Of a stretch of 64,000 nucleotides of DNA, positions 39,801 to 54,800 are shown in pieces. The notes beneath the pieces are model-generated. The model saw nothing but the letters and a program-made list of their open reading frames with translations, did no database searches and was not told the DNA's origin. This DNA is from Negaprion brevirostris. Lineage: Eukaryota. A program made the translations under genes and the position numbers. Positions within the stretch are counted from its first letter, which is position 1; every line of letters begins with the position of its first letter. Where the stretch lies: the NCBI GenBank assembly GCA_030324005.1, contig JARDVH010000042.1, positions 82,908,845-82,972,844 of the forward strand. The letters run 5' to 3'.

Positions 39801-42800
39801 AGTCTCAGTTTTTGCCACAGTTCCAAGTAGAATCTCAATCCCTTTCAAGGACTTAATCATTTTTGTTTTTTGTAGGCAGCAGTGTTTGTGGTTCTCTGTG
39901 CACCTTTTCCCCATGGACGTACTTTTTCTGGTGTTTGTAGCATCTCCTTGTATCCGTTTCCTGTTTTATGCCTTCAACCACTAACCTGTTGGTACTGCTT
40001 TCAGTAAAGGATCACCAGGTCACTTAAGGATTTGATCCTGTATTTGGGCATTGAAATGTTTAGAATCTAATTTTTATGGCAAATTGAGGTCAAAGGTCAT
40101 CAATGCTTTCTACCAAAGCAGGAATTAAGCAACTAGACCTTGTGATTTAAGTATTTCTGGTTAGTTTGTAGAACTTTTTTGACATTAAATATCTGATCAT
40201 GCACTGACTTGGGCATCTCCAGAATGCAAGTATATAGAGCTGATAAGACCAACATTAAAATATAGGGTATTGTGTTGAAAGCATGTCAGAATGTGTGTCA
40301 AACTTGCTACAAAATTATGTAGCTTACTAGCAAAGCAGTTGTATACTTGAGGTAAATTTTGGAAGGGTGGGGGAGTTCTAAAGTGACTTCATCCTTTTTT
40401 TGCTTCCAGATGTGAATGAATGCTTGGACAACAATGGTGGCTGTTCTCACATCTGTAAAGATCTGACTGTTGGTTATAAATGTGATTGTCCCACTGGTTT
40501 TGAGTTGATTGGTAAAACTTGTGGTGGTAAGTTTACTTCACTATTCTACAGGAGAATAATGACTTGTTTGATGACACTCCAGAGGATATTGGTGTGGTTT
40601 TTTTTGCAGATATTGATGAATGTAAAATTCCTGGGACCTGCAGTCAAACTTGTATTAACTTAGAAGGAAGCTACATGTGCAAATGCCACGTTGGATATCA
40701 AATGGACCCAGCTAATGGGGTTTGCAAGGCTGTAGGCAAGTATATTTTCATCCTAAGAGATTGGGTTATAGACTTATGCCCAGTCACTTATTTGGGAGCA
40801 CCCTAGTGTTTTGCTCGATCACAATTGTCTTTCAGTGACCAACTTACTAATTGGGATGAAGAAGACTCCCATGGAATTGGAAAAACTTCCACTTGTACAG
40901 AACTGCTCTGCTGAACTTGATTCATAAGACTTTTTTATAGTAATGATATACCTGACTTGTCTTCAAATTAAATATTAAACTAGTTTGTTACTCAGTTCCC
41001 ATATATATTGAGCATTCAATAGCTCACACATGAAATGACCAACTGATCCATCAAGCCTGCCCTACACATGATGACTGGAGAATTATAACTAAACCACCAA
41101 CACCCTGGTGCCCCATTCTTAACTGAAATAAACAATCCAGATACTATAGTGTCAAGTTTATAGACATTTCTAGGAATCCAACATTTGTGTTGTAGCTTGG
41201 TCAGAGGAACAGGCATGTTCAATCTATTACTCCATTCTTCTAGCTCACCTCCAAACTTTTCCATGGTCACTTTCTCCTTGAGGGAATGAGGACTGGGTCT
41301 AGTGGTCATGTTCATTCTGCATAGTGCCATTGAGTTACACTGGTTCTTAACTATAGTTTCTTGCATTTGTCAAGGATCCTGAAACATTACCTCTTTAACT
41401 TTCTCACAGAATATGCAAGAATCCTTTCAACACATGACCATTTTTAATCTGAATGCAGTTTGCCACTAGCCCACTCCCTCAATACACTACCAAAGTTTCC
41501 AAAAGCACTATCTACCAGATTTACCACACTTCCTTACCTGTAATGACTTGAGTTCTGCTAAGGGAATATTAGAATATCTCTTTCTGACCAATCAAATCCT
41601 GTACCCTTTTTGGATAACTTGGCATAGTCAGGATGAATCTGACTGCAGTGTTTTGTAGCCAGTGAGGGAAAGTTATACTTCTAGTGGACCTCATCATCGA
41701 TCTGAAACGTGGATTTTTTTCACCACAGATGCTGCCTGACCTGAGAATTTCTAGTTTGTTTTTATTTCCAGCATCTGCAGTATTTTTGTGATTCATGTGA
41801 CCTGCCCTTTCTTCCCCCCACCCATGCAAAATGTTAAGGGCATTTCCTCTAACTGCTTTTAGCCTTCACCAACAAACTGGTTATTGTAGACTCAACACAG
41901 TTCATGTCCTCACGCTAGTGCTTTCTCTGGCATTACTTTTACGTTGTAACCATGCTGACCTTGTGTAGGCAATGCATGTAAAAAGGGATGGAGACGAGCT
42001 AGTCTATAAAAATTTGTTCCAGTTTGATTTCAACATTCTGGGAGAAGCAAGACACCTTTGTCAATTTAGGAGATGATTCTTGGGATAGATGTGGAGTGAT
42101 GTTTTTTCTCTCCTGGATGAATTTCAAATTGGCGGTCACTGCTTTAAGTCTCCCATGTAAATTGGATGAGATTTTTTTTCTTGAGGGTAGAGAGTCTCTG
42201 GAAGTCCCTCCAAAGGCAGATGAAGCAGTCTTATGGTAGAAGCAGAGGGATTATTGATAAGTGGTTAGCATCAAAGTAGCTATGAAATGATGAAGCAGAC
42301 TTGAGGGGCCAAATGGTCTGCTCATATCAGGTGAGCTCCAGGAGGCCAGTTGGATCTTTTTTCCACCCAATTTTCAATGACATTTAGAATTTGTCTCCCT
42401 TTGTAAAATGTTTGTAGAACACAGGTCCACAATCTATTGCAGATTACTTTAGTGCTTCCTAGTGTCTTAACAGCTTGTCTAGCTCAGCTAGTACTGGGCT
42501 GACTATTGCCACTGTTTCCTTGCTTGGATTTTAAAACACCAGTGCTGTNNNNNNNNNNNNNNNNNNNNNNNNNNNNNNNNNNNNNNNNNNNNNNNNNNNN
42601 NNNNNNNNNNNNNNNNNNNNNNNNNNNNNNNNNNNNNNNNNNNNNNNNTCCTTGCTTGGATTCTAAAACACCAGTGCTGTGCTCAATGCAACTTTACAAA
42701 GGTTGCTAGCATAATCCTTGGGCTACATCAAACCACCTAAGTTGTTCAATGAAACAAGGTGGATATGGTATTCAGAGAAGTGACTTGAATTCAGAAGTCT

Positions 42801-45800
42801 CCCTTTTTTAAACTAGAGTAATTATAATTGAAGTGAAAGATTTTATTTCCTTACAATGCAAGTAATACCACTAAGCTGAATGTGTTTCAACAAGATTGCT
42901 TTTGCAAGTGTAGAGCATAGGTAAATACAGTTGCTTCAGACAATCTTTTTCCTTCTGAGAATAATAGGAATGAATATGGCTTGGGCAATCTGCACTCGTC
43001 CTCTTGCAAGAGGATATGGCAAACTCTAGCTTTGTTCACTTATCTTCTAATGGTGAGGACAGACAAACTAATAGAATGTGTCCCTTCAACACCTCATGTA
43101 AATGCCTTGGTCTTGAGGTAAAATGGCAGTTGGTTGAGTAAATTTTGAGGGACATTTCATTTTAAGTTTCTCTTTTTAATAGGAGAGGAGCCATACCTGA
43201 TCTTCACTAATCACCATGATATCAGAAAATTGGGATTACACCACAAAGTGTATAGTCAGGTAGTTGCAGAATTGAGAAATGCTGTGGCACTGGATACTGA
43301 TGTGGCAGAGCAGATAATCTTCTGGGCTGACTTGGGACAACAGGCAATTTTCAGGTAATGTCATGTTGCACCTCCATAGCTGACCTTGTCCAAAACTGCA
43401 CTTGCTAGCTTCAGTAACCAATTTGGTCATTTTCTGAAGTGTTTCCATCATCTTTGAACATTTTTGGCTGAATAGTTTTTTGTGATGGCTTTGATTTTAT
43501 TTCATAGTCATTGCATATACTCAGATCTGTGACAGCAATAATCATTCATGCAATTACCTTGTTGAATTAATTTGAACCTCTTCAAATCATGATTACTTAG
43601 TGATCCAGAAAACAAGTCAATGACTTAATGTCAATGTGCTAAACTTTGTAATTAGCCTAACTTTGACTCCACTCCAAGTAGACTTGCTGGTGTTTCAGAT
43701 GTATGTCCAGTGTCTAGTAATCATGCAAGTCACATGGTGATTTGAGAGCAACCAGTAAATTGGTTATAATCATATACTACCTGTATTGTGCATTTTGAGG
43801 TGCACAAGTCTTGCAAGATCTTAATGGTTGGAATTTGTTTGCTTTAACTTTTTTTCTGCAGTATGCTGATGGATGGCAGCACTGGCATTTCCAGGATTGT
43901 CAACAATGTACGCATTCATGTGGGAATTGCTGTTGACTGGATCTACAACAATATTTACTGGACTGATATGGGTGCTAGAACCATATCTGTTGTGAGCTTT
44001 AATGGAATCAGAAGGAAAACTCTCTTTGACAGCAACTTGAGGGAGCCAGCTTCAGTAGCAGTTGATCCACTATTGGGGTACGAACTTTTGCCTTGAATGT
44101 ACAATTGGGTATTGATGCTTGATTCACTTTCGTTGGCATTGGTATTTTGTGACTAAGGTGTTTGGATGATCAAGTAATCAACCAGGTCTGGTAACTACAG
44201 ATGAGAGCAATGATTTGTCACTACAGCACGACAATCACATGGGCCATTTTTTGCATTTCCTTGTCTTCAGGTTGGAGTTGTCTAACAGCAATCTCATTTT
44301 TCACTTTTTTTACATTTTAAATATTTGACCTGTTCCAGTTTGCCTCAACAGCCATTTATAATTGTCCTAACTCCCTGAATGAATTTGGTTCTACCCTACT
44401 GCCCCCTCTCAACCCTTGGTCTTCCAGAATCACTAACCCAAAGCAACCACCCAATTTCTAAATATTTGCATTTCTTGTTTAAATTCAATTTTTTAAAAAG
44501 ATTTAGCCTTTGATTAAGTAATGTATACAATTTTTTATGCATGTTTTGTTTCTAATCATTCTCTATATCTAGCCCAAACCTGGGCTCAATAATACTGACC
44601 CTAACAGAACCATAGGGTGCTTGTTCACCATCTTGTATATAGATTGTATATTGAGACCATTTTTAATGGATGCTAAATTCACCCTACACAAGGCAATAGT
44701 TTAAGGCTAACATTTCATGGTTCACCAGAAGGGCTGCTTGCATATGCAAGATTAGGAGCAGTTTAATTTCATAGGTTACACATGTTGAGTACTGATTCCT
44801 ACCACTTGCCTTTTGCAGCAAAACTCTTTTAAAGTCACATCTGCCAGACAGTGACAGTCAAATTTCTGTTTTGGCTGCAAACTTAGCTAGTTTTGAAGCT
44901 TTTTTCCCTTGAAGCCTTTGGTATATTGCTGAACACTGCTATGCACTAATGCAATTTGACAGCATTGGCTGAAATTGGGCCATTCAGGGTAAAGGGATCT
45001 TCTGGTCCTGCAAGCAGCACACCCTGCTACAGGTTTCCCAGTGGCAGTGCATTCAACAGGAAACAGGACCAGAAGATGCTTTTACTGGTCAGTGGTGGAT
45101 TATCTCTACTTTGTGGTATGTGGAAAAGCCCACCCATTCTCTTCAAAAATGCTGACAGCTTGTAGCTCAAATTATTTTGCTGAAAAGAATTTTTAATTTG
45201 GTTTGCATGAGTTACTGGAGGGCCATGTTTGTTTGGAGAGCAGTAATTGCATACTTTGCAAATCCAAAAGGCATTGGAGTCATCAATCCTACTTGTCCTT
45301 GTCCCAAAAAGAACCAGTTTCTTTTCCAAGTCTCAAAAATCCTGCAAACCAGTGCAGCTAGCAGTAACTTGCAATGATGGTAGTCATCCCAGGGTCAGAA
45401 TCTGATTTTTTAGAAACATCTAAGTTTGTTTTAAGATGCAAGAGTAATTTATGTCTAGGTTGTATGTATAGAATCACTTTAGATAAGAACATAACATAAA
45501 AATAGGAGTAGGCCATCTAGCCCTTCGAGCCTGCCCCACCATTCAATAAGATCATGGCTGATCTGTCGTGGCTCAGTTCCNNNNNNNNNNNNNNNNNNNN
45601 NNNNNNNNNNNNNNNNNNNNNNNNNNNNNNNNNNNNNNNNNNNNNNNNNNNNNNNNNNNNNNNNNNNNNNNNNNNNNNNNTTGAGGCTGTGCCCCCTAGT
45701 CCTACTGTCCTTTGAGTGGGAAGAGTCTCAACTACACTTGTACCCAATATTATAACTTAGTATTACAAATTTATCATTGTTAGATTTGCAAGGAAAAAGT

Positions 45801-48800
45801 AACTGGTGTCCTTGAAATTGAGAGCTGGAATTTAAGAAGCAGAAATTCAATTAAATATTCCCTGGTTCTTACCACTGCCACACTCCCCACTAGCCCCCTG
45901 CTGCCAATGGATCAGCTTCCTTGGGTCAAATTTGGCATGCTTGAAATCATCCTGGTTTTCTAACTATCTATCACTGGGCAAACTCTAGTTGTGGGTTCAT
46001 GTTGCATTGGTGTTGACTTGGTTGCATCACCCACTATTTATAAAAATTCATTCAGTTCACTAATCTCTCTTTAGAGGTATATCTGCCATTTTCCTCTGGC
46101 CTGGTTTGTTACTCCGGATCCACTATAACATGGTTGAATCCTGACTGCTTGAGGATGGGCAACAGATGTTGGCATTGTCATTGACTCTGTCCATTGAATA
46201 ATGGCCCACTACACCCTGAAGTTACAGATATGCTAAGCAAAATCTTCAAATTTGGAAGTGCAGTTCAGTTTTCAATCTTGTAGTAATCACAGCTGCTCCT
46301 AGGGTGGTGTAGTGGCAGTAGTTAGCACTGCTACCTTACAGCACCAGGTACCCAGGTTTGATTCCTGGCTTGGTCATCCATGTGGAGTTTGTACATCCAC
46401 CATTTCTGCATGGATTTCCTGCAGGTGCTCAGGTTCCCTCCACCACTCAAGACATGTTGGTTGGATGCATTGACCCGAACAGGCATTGGAGTGTGGTGAC
46501 TAGGGGAATTTCACTAACTTCATTGCAATGTTAATGTGAGCCTTTAATAACTTTTCGGATGGTAGGAATCTAAAGTTGGATGTGCTACCATTTTTAACAG
46601 CAATGTAATAACTAGCCTTCTGGGGAAAAGGCCATAACAAACAGCCTGGATGTCTAGACAGAAAAGCAGTGCTACTGTTGCATTTGTTACTGAAACTTCA
46701 GGGACAGTTCAGATTGAATTCTTTTTGATCTTAATTTTATTTAAAGGTATATTTATTGGTCAGACTGGGGTGAACCTGCAGTGATTGAAAAAGCAGGAAT
46801 GAATGGTGTTGGCCGCAAGCTCCTAGTTACCAGAGATATTGAATGGCCAAATGCCATTGCACTTGGTGAGTAGAGCTGTATAAAAGTAGACTGATTGTTT
46901 TTGGTCTTTTGACAAGTATGGCTCATTTTGGTTCAATTATCCCATAGATCTTGTGAAAAATCGTCTTTATTGGGTTGACTCTAAGCTGCACACACTGTCA
47001 AGTGTGGATGTGACTGGACAGAATAGGAGAACTGTGCTTTCCTCACATGAATACCTTGCTCATCCTTTTGGCATATCAATATTTGAGGTAAGGTTTCATT
47101 ATAAAAAGTGTAGTGAATTGTTAAATGGTTTTTAATCAAATGAAATAATTTTGGAAGATTTTTGGATTTTAAGAAGCTCCAGAGCTTGTATTGGTTACAT
47201 CTTGTTATCTGTTCCTCATGTCCATATGGATGGTCAAAATAAGGTGGTTTATGCAGCATGAGGGTGTCATCAGGTGTACAATCTAACCCCTGTTCAGCAC
47301 TTTTTGACTACTTCATAGAATCCTGAACAGTACAGAAGAGGGCCAATTGAGCCTGCACTAATAATCCCATCCAGGCTCAATCCCCATAACCCACATTGCC
47401 CTTCTAATCACCCCAACACTAAAGGGCCAATCCACCTAACCTGCACACCTTTTGGAATTGCCTTTTACCTTTATTCATCATACTATGTTTATTGCACCAA
47501 ATTCATGTATGTTAGCTGTAGCGTGGAGCACTAACACTGGGGTAAACAGTTATAAAAAAGCAAAATGGTGTGCTGCAAGTGCACTGCTGGAAATAGCAAT
47601 CTGGCAGAATATTTGGAGAGGGGGATCTGAAAAGTTGTGGCCTGCACAAATTTAAACTTTTTAGGTGAGGTGGGCACATTTTGATTTCTGTATCATGTTC
47701 ATGGAATGTGGTTGTGACTGGTAAGGCCAACAGGTTGCCCATTGATATCCTTGAGTCAGTTGTATTGCTGTGGGTTATGGGGTAAGCTTATCAAATAAGG
47801 ATGGCTGGTTTGCTTCCCTAAAGGAATAGTAAAACCCACTTGTCTCAAGTTGTTGCCAAACATGTCATTTCCAGCATTTTATGTTGAACTGTTCTGATTT
47901 CAATAATGGAAGAATCTATGTTGTGGATAAATGTTCTATGTGACTTGGATCAGCTGGATGAACATCTATAAAGTGAAGTCAAAACTCCATTGCCGACACA
48001 TTTTGTAGTTGCCCATTCAGCAATTGTATCAGAACCCAGTTGCAGTACAAAGTATGTGAAGCTGTTTCCACCCACTGGAGGGTGGATTTGTGGTGAATAT
48101 TGACTGGCCTTTATGACCTTTGGAAGTGGTCTCATTTTCAGGATCATGTCTTCTGGACTGACTGGAAGAATAACACGATCTATCAAGCTAATAAATACAC
48201 AGGAGGGGATCTGATGATTTTACTCTCTCGTCTTAAGGAAGCTCGGGACATCATTGTTTCTCATGAGCTTGTACAGCCATCAGGTAGGAATTCTGATCAA
48301 TTAGCAAACCCTTGTTTCTAAACACATTTCCCATTGGCCATTCACTTGATTCTATAGATCAGTGACTTTGCATCTAAATAAAACTAGCTGTTTTTTACTC
48401 CATGTTTCTTATCAGAATTAGATCTCTGAATTATGAATTCAGTTCATGCTTTCAAATGCTGTAAGAACATTTTGTATTTCAGAACAATTTGGATGCTCAC
48501 CATGCCTGTAGCGCATCTGAAATGGCTGTTTTTAAAATAGAATGGGGTTCACTTGCATAATTTTAGGTTATCCTGTCCCACTTCAACTACTGACCATGCA
48601 ATTTGATCTTTCATCAAGATCTGCTTGGATTGTGGTTTCCTTCTGAAACTTACCTAGGTTAAACAAACATTAAGTAATATTGGCAGAATTCTCTAGTTTT
48701 GTCTGGCAGGACCTGTTGGGAGTGAGAATAGAGAACTTGGGCTTTGCAGCCCAAAACTCCACTTAGCCTTCTGGGTTATTTGGTATTAATCAGTTGTTTA

Positions 48801-51800
48801 CCCATGCTAAATTGCCACTCTTAAACATATCCAATGTTGTAAATGAGGAGTTGCATTTTATGGTCAATTTTGTAATATACAAATGATCAGAGTTGAAACT
48901 TGGCCCATTCAGCATGTGGCTATTTCTGTTGGTTTAAGTTTCTTTGCAATTTTAGTCACCAGTATTTGCAGATTTCAGCAACACTTGTTCATGTGGAAAT
49001 TTTTAATGCTTTGAGGTAATTGCAGTTGTATTGGAGCAGAATTTTAATATTCAAATTGTTTCCAAGAACCATTCAAGTCTTGTAATACTAAAGCCAAATG
49101 TACTCATCAAAAGATACATTGGGTTGGTTATAATTGGATGCACAAAAATTAATGAAGGTAGCTTGGTTTGAACTGTGCATTGGTTCTCTGTGCTTTTGTT
49201 AGATGTGAGATTGGGTTTTGTCATCTATTACTTGTAGTAATCACACTGCTCTGAACAGGGAAAATGAACAATCTTGCTGGGTTTGGGCTGTTGGCTGCAA
49301 GGTGAGATCTGGCCTGCTTTGAACTATGATGCCTGAGAAGAATACTGGCTTCTTGACTGTTTTTGTAAATCTGTTTCCAGGCAAAGACTGGTGCAATGAG
49401 AATCTGAAGAATGGAGGATGTAAATATATGTGCCTTCCAGCTCCTCAGATCAACAGTTACTCTCCAAAATACACCTGTGTATGTCCATCTGGAATGGAGT
49501 TGCAAAAGGATGGACAACACTGTAAAGCAGGTAAGCACTGCAGATGCTGGAAATAAGTACAGAAGTGCTGGGGGTCAGTTAGCATTGGGAGAGTTGCCTT
49601 TCTGATCAACTTGCAACATTAGTACTCCCCTCCCACTACAGCCCCAGACTCAACACATGCAAATACACATGTAGTGCAATGTTTGTTTCATTTCTGCAGA
49701 TCTAGATTTTTAATATCAGCAGTAATCTACCTACTTGTGGAGTTTTTAGAATCTGGATTTTTGCTCCATGGGGGGAATGCATGTTAACAAAATGACAGAC
49801 AATTGTAGTTGCCTTCATTCTGCTGTGCTGTTTTGCAACTATTGATCATCAACTAGGATACTAGGAAAACAAAAACTGGTGAAATAAGGTTTTCCTTGAC
49901 CAGGCCAGAGTAGTAGGTGTAATATACTTGGATTCTCAAAAGGCCTTCTCTTAAATTCTGCATGATAGACATGTGCAGACCTTGTCAAAAGAGCAGATAG
50001 CAAGCTGGCTATAAATGGTAATGACTGGCAGGAAAGTGCTACCAAGAGATTGGTGCTGGACCATTACTGATTATTTGCAGACTGACTAATTTTCAATTTG
50101 TAGATCCATCAATTGGGGGTGGGATGAGGAAGACTGACAAAACACAAGAATGGACATAAACAAGTAGCTTCAATTTGGCAACAGTATATTTTGTAGGAGT
50201 TAGAGCCATGTGCTCATACACTGAGCAAAGTGGGGTACACATGGTACAAAGCACAACTTGATTTCCAGATGAGTAAGCAGAGAATTTCTGTGTAGATATT
50301 ACATGACCAATTGTGCATAATTCTGGTCTCAAAAAAGCACTAAATTCCAAGTATGGTAGAACCACAGTTAATCCCTATCTGCAAGGATTGAACAGTTTGG
50401 CAATCAGTTATACCTATGTGCAAGGGAACGATGACTTCGAGGCAATGCTTTTTCCACATAAAAATCCAAAACGAGATCATGAATAAGATGCTAAAATGGG
50501 AATTCGAGGGAAGCTTTACCGAGAATGAAATGGCTTGGAGGAATTTTTAAGGGAAGCAAGTAGATGGGAAGACGCTTTGTGGAGCATAAACACTTGAGCT
50601 GAAATAACCTGTCTTTGTGCTGTAAATACTATGTACGGTCATAGCTTTCCTCATGATTTTCCCCCTGCAAATTCCCAACCATTGGCTGTCTGGTTGTGGC
50701 ATTAACCTTTTTTATTTGGTTCTGATTTGTCCTTCCAGGCGTTGGCTTTTTTCCCGACTGCACTGTCACCTGCAGCCCATTACTAGTCCACTGGTGACAC
50801 CGTGTGGGCATTGGATTTCTTTCCACACGTCCTGATACTTTATCTTTTCCCTTCCCTGTCACTCATCCCACCTGAGGCTTCACTAAGTCTGTCTGAAATC
50901 TGGTTGCACCTTGATGAGCTTCTGATCTCATTTTCCCTTCTCCCACCTGAGGACACATCCTTGTTACATAAGCCCAGCTAATTGTGGAGACTAGAAAGCA
51001 GCAAAACTTCCTGTTTTGAGCTTGTGTTCATAAGATTCACTTTCTTTTATATAAAAAAGCAATGTTAGTGTGCCATTAGTGTTGCAACATTGTAAGCCAT
51101 TACTTTAGGCTTGTCTGTCATTGTTTAGATGAGGAATTAATCTAATCTATCTTTGAACTAAAAATCTGTTTAAAACGCAATATTTTTAAGGCATGTTCAG
51201 TTTTGTATAAATCAGTACACTCTGATTCATGTTTTGGCATTTATATTCTAGTAGAAAATCTTGCATTTTATTCACATTGCAAATCTGGATTTTTAAAAAT
51301 TGGATACTATACATATTTCAACCACAACTTTGAGCATATCGAAAGTTGTTTAAATGTAACATTAGTCAAAAAAACAGGAACCCCTTGTATAGTTGATTTT
51401 TGAATACTAGATTTGAGTTTTGCTTTACCCACTTGCATCCTCTATAGCAGCAGGATGAGCTGGCGAGGATCACTGGACCAAACATGATCTGAAAGCCAGG
51501 GATATGTTGGCTTCAGAAACAATTTGACTTCATTGCCTAGCCTTTAAAAGGAATTGGGGGATACTTGTTGATACAAAAACGAGCTCTATCAGATTGTAGC
51601 TGACCGATCAAATAATACCAATGAATTGAATGCTGTTTTAATTTCTAATTTTATGCCATCTTCTACAGCTTAGTGCATTGCAATCTTTTAAGACTTGTTG
51701 AATAAACTGGACTAAGGGTAAAGTTCATGATAAACAGCAGATTTTATTTCAGTTGAATATTTCTGTAGGCAACATTTGTTCTGTGGATGAGAACTGTCTC

Positions 51801-54800
51801 ATTACTCAATAACCTCCACTGTTAATTCTGTGCACACTTCTGACTATCTTTTCACTAGTAAAAACTACGTGTGGTGTGATGGAGTACAAGTGCAATGATG
51901 GACAATGTATACCTAAGAGATGGCAATGTGATGGCCAAGCTGACTGCCGTGATGGTTCAGATGAGAGTGAAGAAGTTTGCTGTAAGTGTTCTTGGATCAG
52001 TTTCTTGCCTACCATAAGAACCAACTGGTAGCTTGGCTATTTGTATCTGCATATTTATTTAATACTTTGGAGTCTACATGGATTGTGAGCTCCATTTCCA
52101 TGTGCTTTCTGAACATCATTCCTTGGTGTCTTTCCTCTTTCTATTGCCCTGCCTACCCCTTGACATCAATCATGCTTGCCTTAGCCCTTTTTTGTGCTTC
52201 CTCCTGTTCCTTGCATGCAACCAATTAACAGCCATATCTTTTTAGTCAGCTGGATGAATGGGTCTTAAAGGAATTGAAATACAATCAACCAAGATTATGA
52301 TTACTGATCTAAAATTGTCTCTGGCTCAATAGTATCTTGGATTATGTTCTCTATAATGCTGGTATCTAACAAACTTTGCTGCACCTATAACTGAAACCAC
52401 AAAATCTGGCTTTCACAACTAGTGGAAAAAATTTCATTTTGCAGACAATGTTTGTTTCCTCCATAACTGGAGGGACAATTGTGTGCTTGGGGAGGCAGGG
52501 GCACAGTATAGTGTTTGAATACATGTGCACATAAGGAGCCTTCATTATATCTAATGAAATTTAGAGAATGTGAACAAAATTTAGGGCTAGAAAGGAAAGC
52601 GAGGTCTGGCATCAGCCCAGATGTTTCCTAAACCTGGCTTGGTCATTTTCCTCCTGCAGAAACTGAGGGCAAAGGACTAAAGTACTTAACTGGGGTTTGA
52701 GGGGAATAAATGGGAAGAAATAGTACTTTAAAAGATGGAACCAGCACTGACTTTAAGAACAAATATATATGGTGTAAATTTCCTATAATTGGCTATCATT
52801 ATTGAATCAACCCCATCCTATAAGCAAAGAAAGCTGACCACTTTAACAGAAACTTTGCTTATTTCAGACCTGAGAAGCTGTCCCATTGAAGAAATAAAAT
52901 GTGGCTCTGGATCTCATCAGTGTATTCCAGCTTCTTGGAAGTGCAATGGAATACAAGACTGCGATAATGGTGGTGATGAAGAAAACTGTAGTAAGTTTTT
53001 GTCAGGAAATTGATTTCTGGCCCAAGGCAAGATCTCTCTTCAGTCTGCCTGGCCCTTGCTGTGTTCCCTTCAACATTCCCCCTCAATTCTTTGATTCCCT
53101 GATTTGAAGCAAGATGTATTTGAACGATTTTTTTTGGGTGTCCAAATGACTTCTCACTTCTTCCTCTAACTTTACACTAAATGGGCTGATGGCCTCAGGC
53201 ACAGAAATCATCAGCGCTCTATCAGGCAAGCCTTTGCTCATTCAATGGGAGATGTGCAGCAGGGGGTTAAACCTATTGCTGCAACCCAAACTGCTATTCT
53301 GTTAATTCCCCCCAGTACTGACTGCAAGCCATGAGTGTGGCTTGTCATTCCATTTTTAANNNNNNNNNNTTTGGGGAAACTTGAATGCTATGATAGCAGG
53401 GAAGACTGGGCCTTGACAGAACATGTTACTACTTCTGCATTAATAACATTGAGATGAAAAACAAGTAACTTTCCAGGCATTCAAGGCCCTGACATTGTGT
53501 GGTTCTTGTAGTCTGACCTGCCCAGATGCCCCTGACTCAAATGAGCTAGTAAACTTAATGAAAAATACTGTCTGGAAGCCTGATGCTGCTTTAACAGCAG
53601 GGAGAACCATTGAGAATTGTGGCACCAAATTTCTGGCCAGTTATGAAAATTAGCTGAACATAAATTTGGACTGCCTCTAAACAATGAGACAGATTGGCAT
53701 GCAGCATAAATAAGCTATTGGCAGAGCCCAAACTGGATTTTTAAAAAGCCATTTGAAATTGACTCTCTTGCTGCCAAACACAGGAAAAGGGGCTTGAGCT
53801 GCTAGAGGGAAGTAAATACAGATGAAGGGGCTCTTGTGTCAGGAAGCAATGTTCTTTAGTCAGGGGTGAGGGGCTTAATTTAATCAGTCCTTGTGTTTAT
53901 GCAAGCAATTGGGTTAGCGGGTCACTTGCAACATCAAAGCTCTAACACCATGCAGCAGAGGCCCCAAGAGTATGGAGGAATATATTCCAGAGGAGTACAG
54001 ATGGCAGGCAGTGGGTTATTGCAAGTGCTGCCAAGGTGAAACTTTAGGATTGGGTAAAAATACTTGCTGTTCAGTGAAGCATCCAAGCCTATACCTAACA
54101 GCCATGTAGTATACCCACTTCCAGAACTGGGCATTACAACTGAATCTCATTTCACAATACAGGTGGCCCCCATAGCGAAAGAATTAGTGATGAATGATCA
54201 CCCTTGAAAATGAAGGTGAACATGGGGACTGTGGCCTCCATTATCAGAACAGACATCTGAGTACCTTGCAACTGGCATCCAACTTCTGAGCTTAAAAGAC
54301 ATGAGGCCAGAATAGCCACCTACGTGAGGCAACTTAATAAATAAAGGCACCACAGTCACCCTGATGACTTCCAGCCAACAATCTGCTCACCTCCCCATTT
54401 CCCAAGCCTTATAGGAAAGAGATGAGATCTTCAAGCTAGGATTGGGGGGCTGTCAGCAGATACCCTGGAGTTTTCCAAGGACTGGAAAATAAAAGGGGCC
54501 AAGATCCATGTTGACCCTGATGCTAGATCAGGGCAAGACCAGTCCCAAACTACAGTAGAAATGACTTCCTTATTCAGACACAAGGCCTGTGCAGTTTGCA
54601 GAATAGGCATCCATAGTTCCTGTTCCTGTTCTTGAGTTTGACACATTGATTCCCCTCCAGGCAGACCAAAGTTGATAAGTATCCTGTGCTCTGAATCAAG
54701 ACCTGTTAAGACATGAGCTGCACCCATATTCAGCTTGAATTGGACAAGTCATCCTGAAAGTGTGACTCTCAACATGCACAAAAGGACACTTGCTTGCACT

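Noticed and set aside
51769-51812. Possible relic of an eighth LA exon ([10 protein letters not shown] then stop) upstream of M5; similar hint at 22808-22848 ([14 protein letters not shown])
   Set aside because: Too short, wrong Cys spacing, no usable in-frame donor, and not seen before M2 or M4; cannot be distinguished from chance by eye
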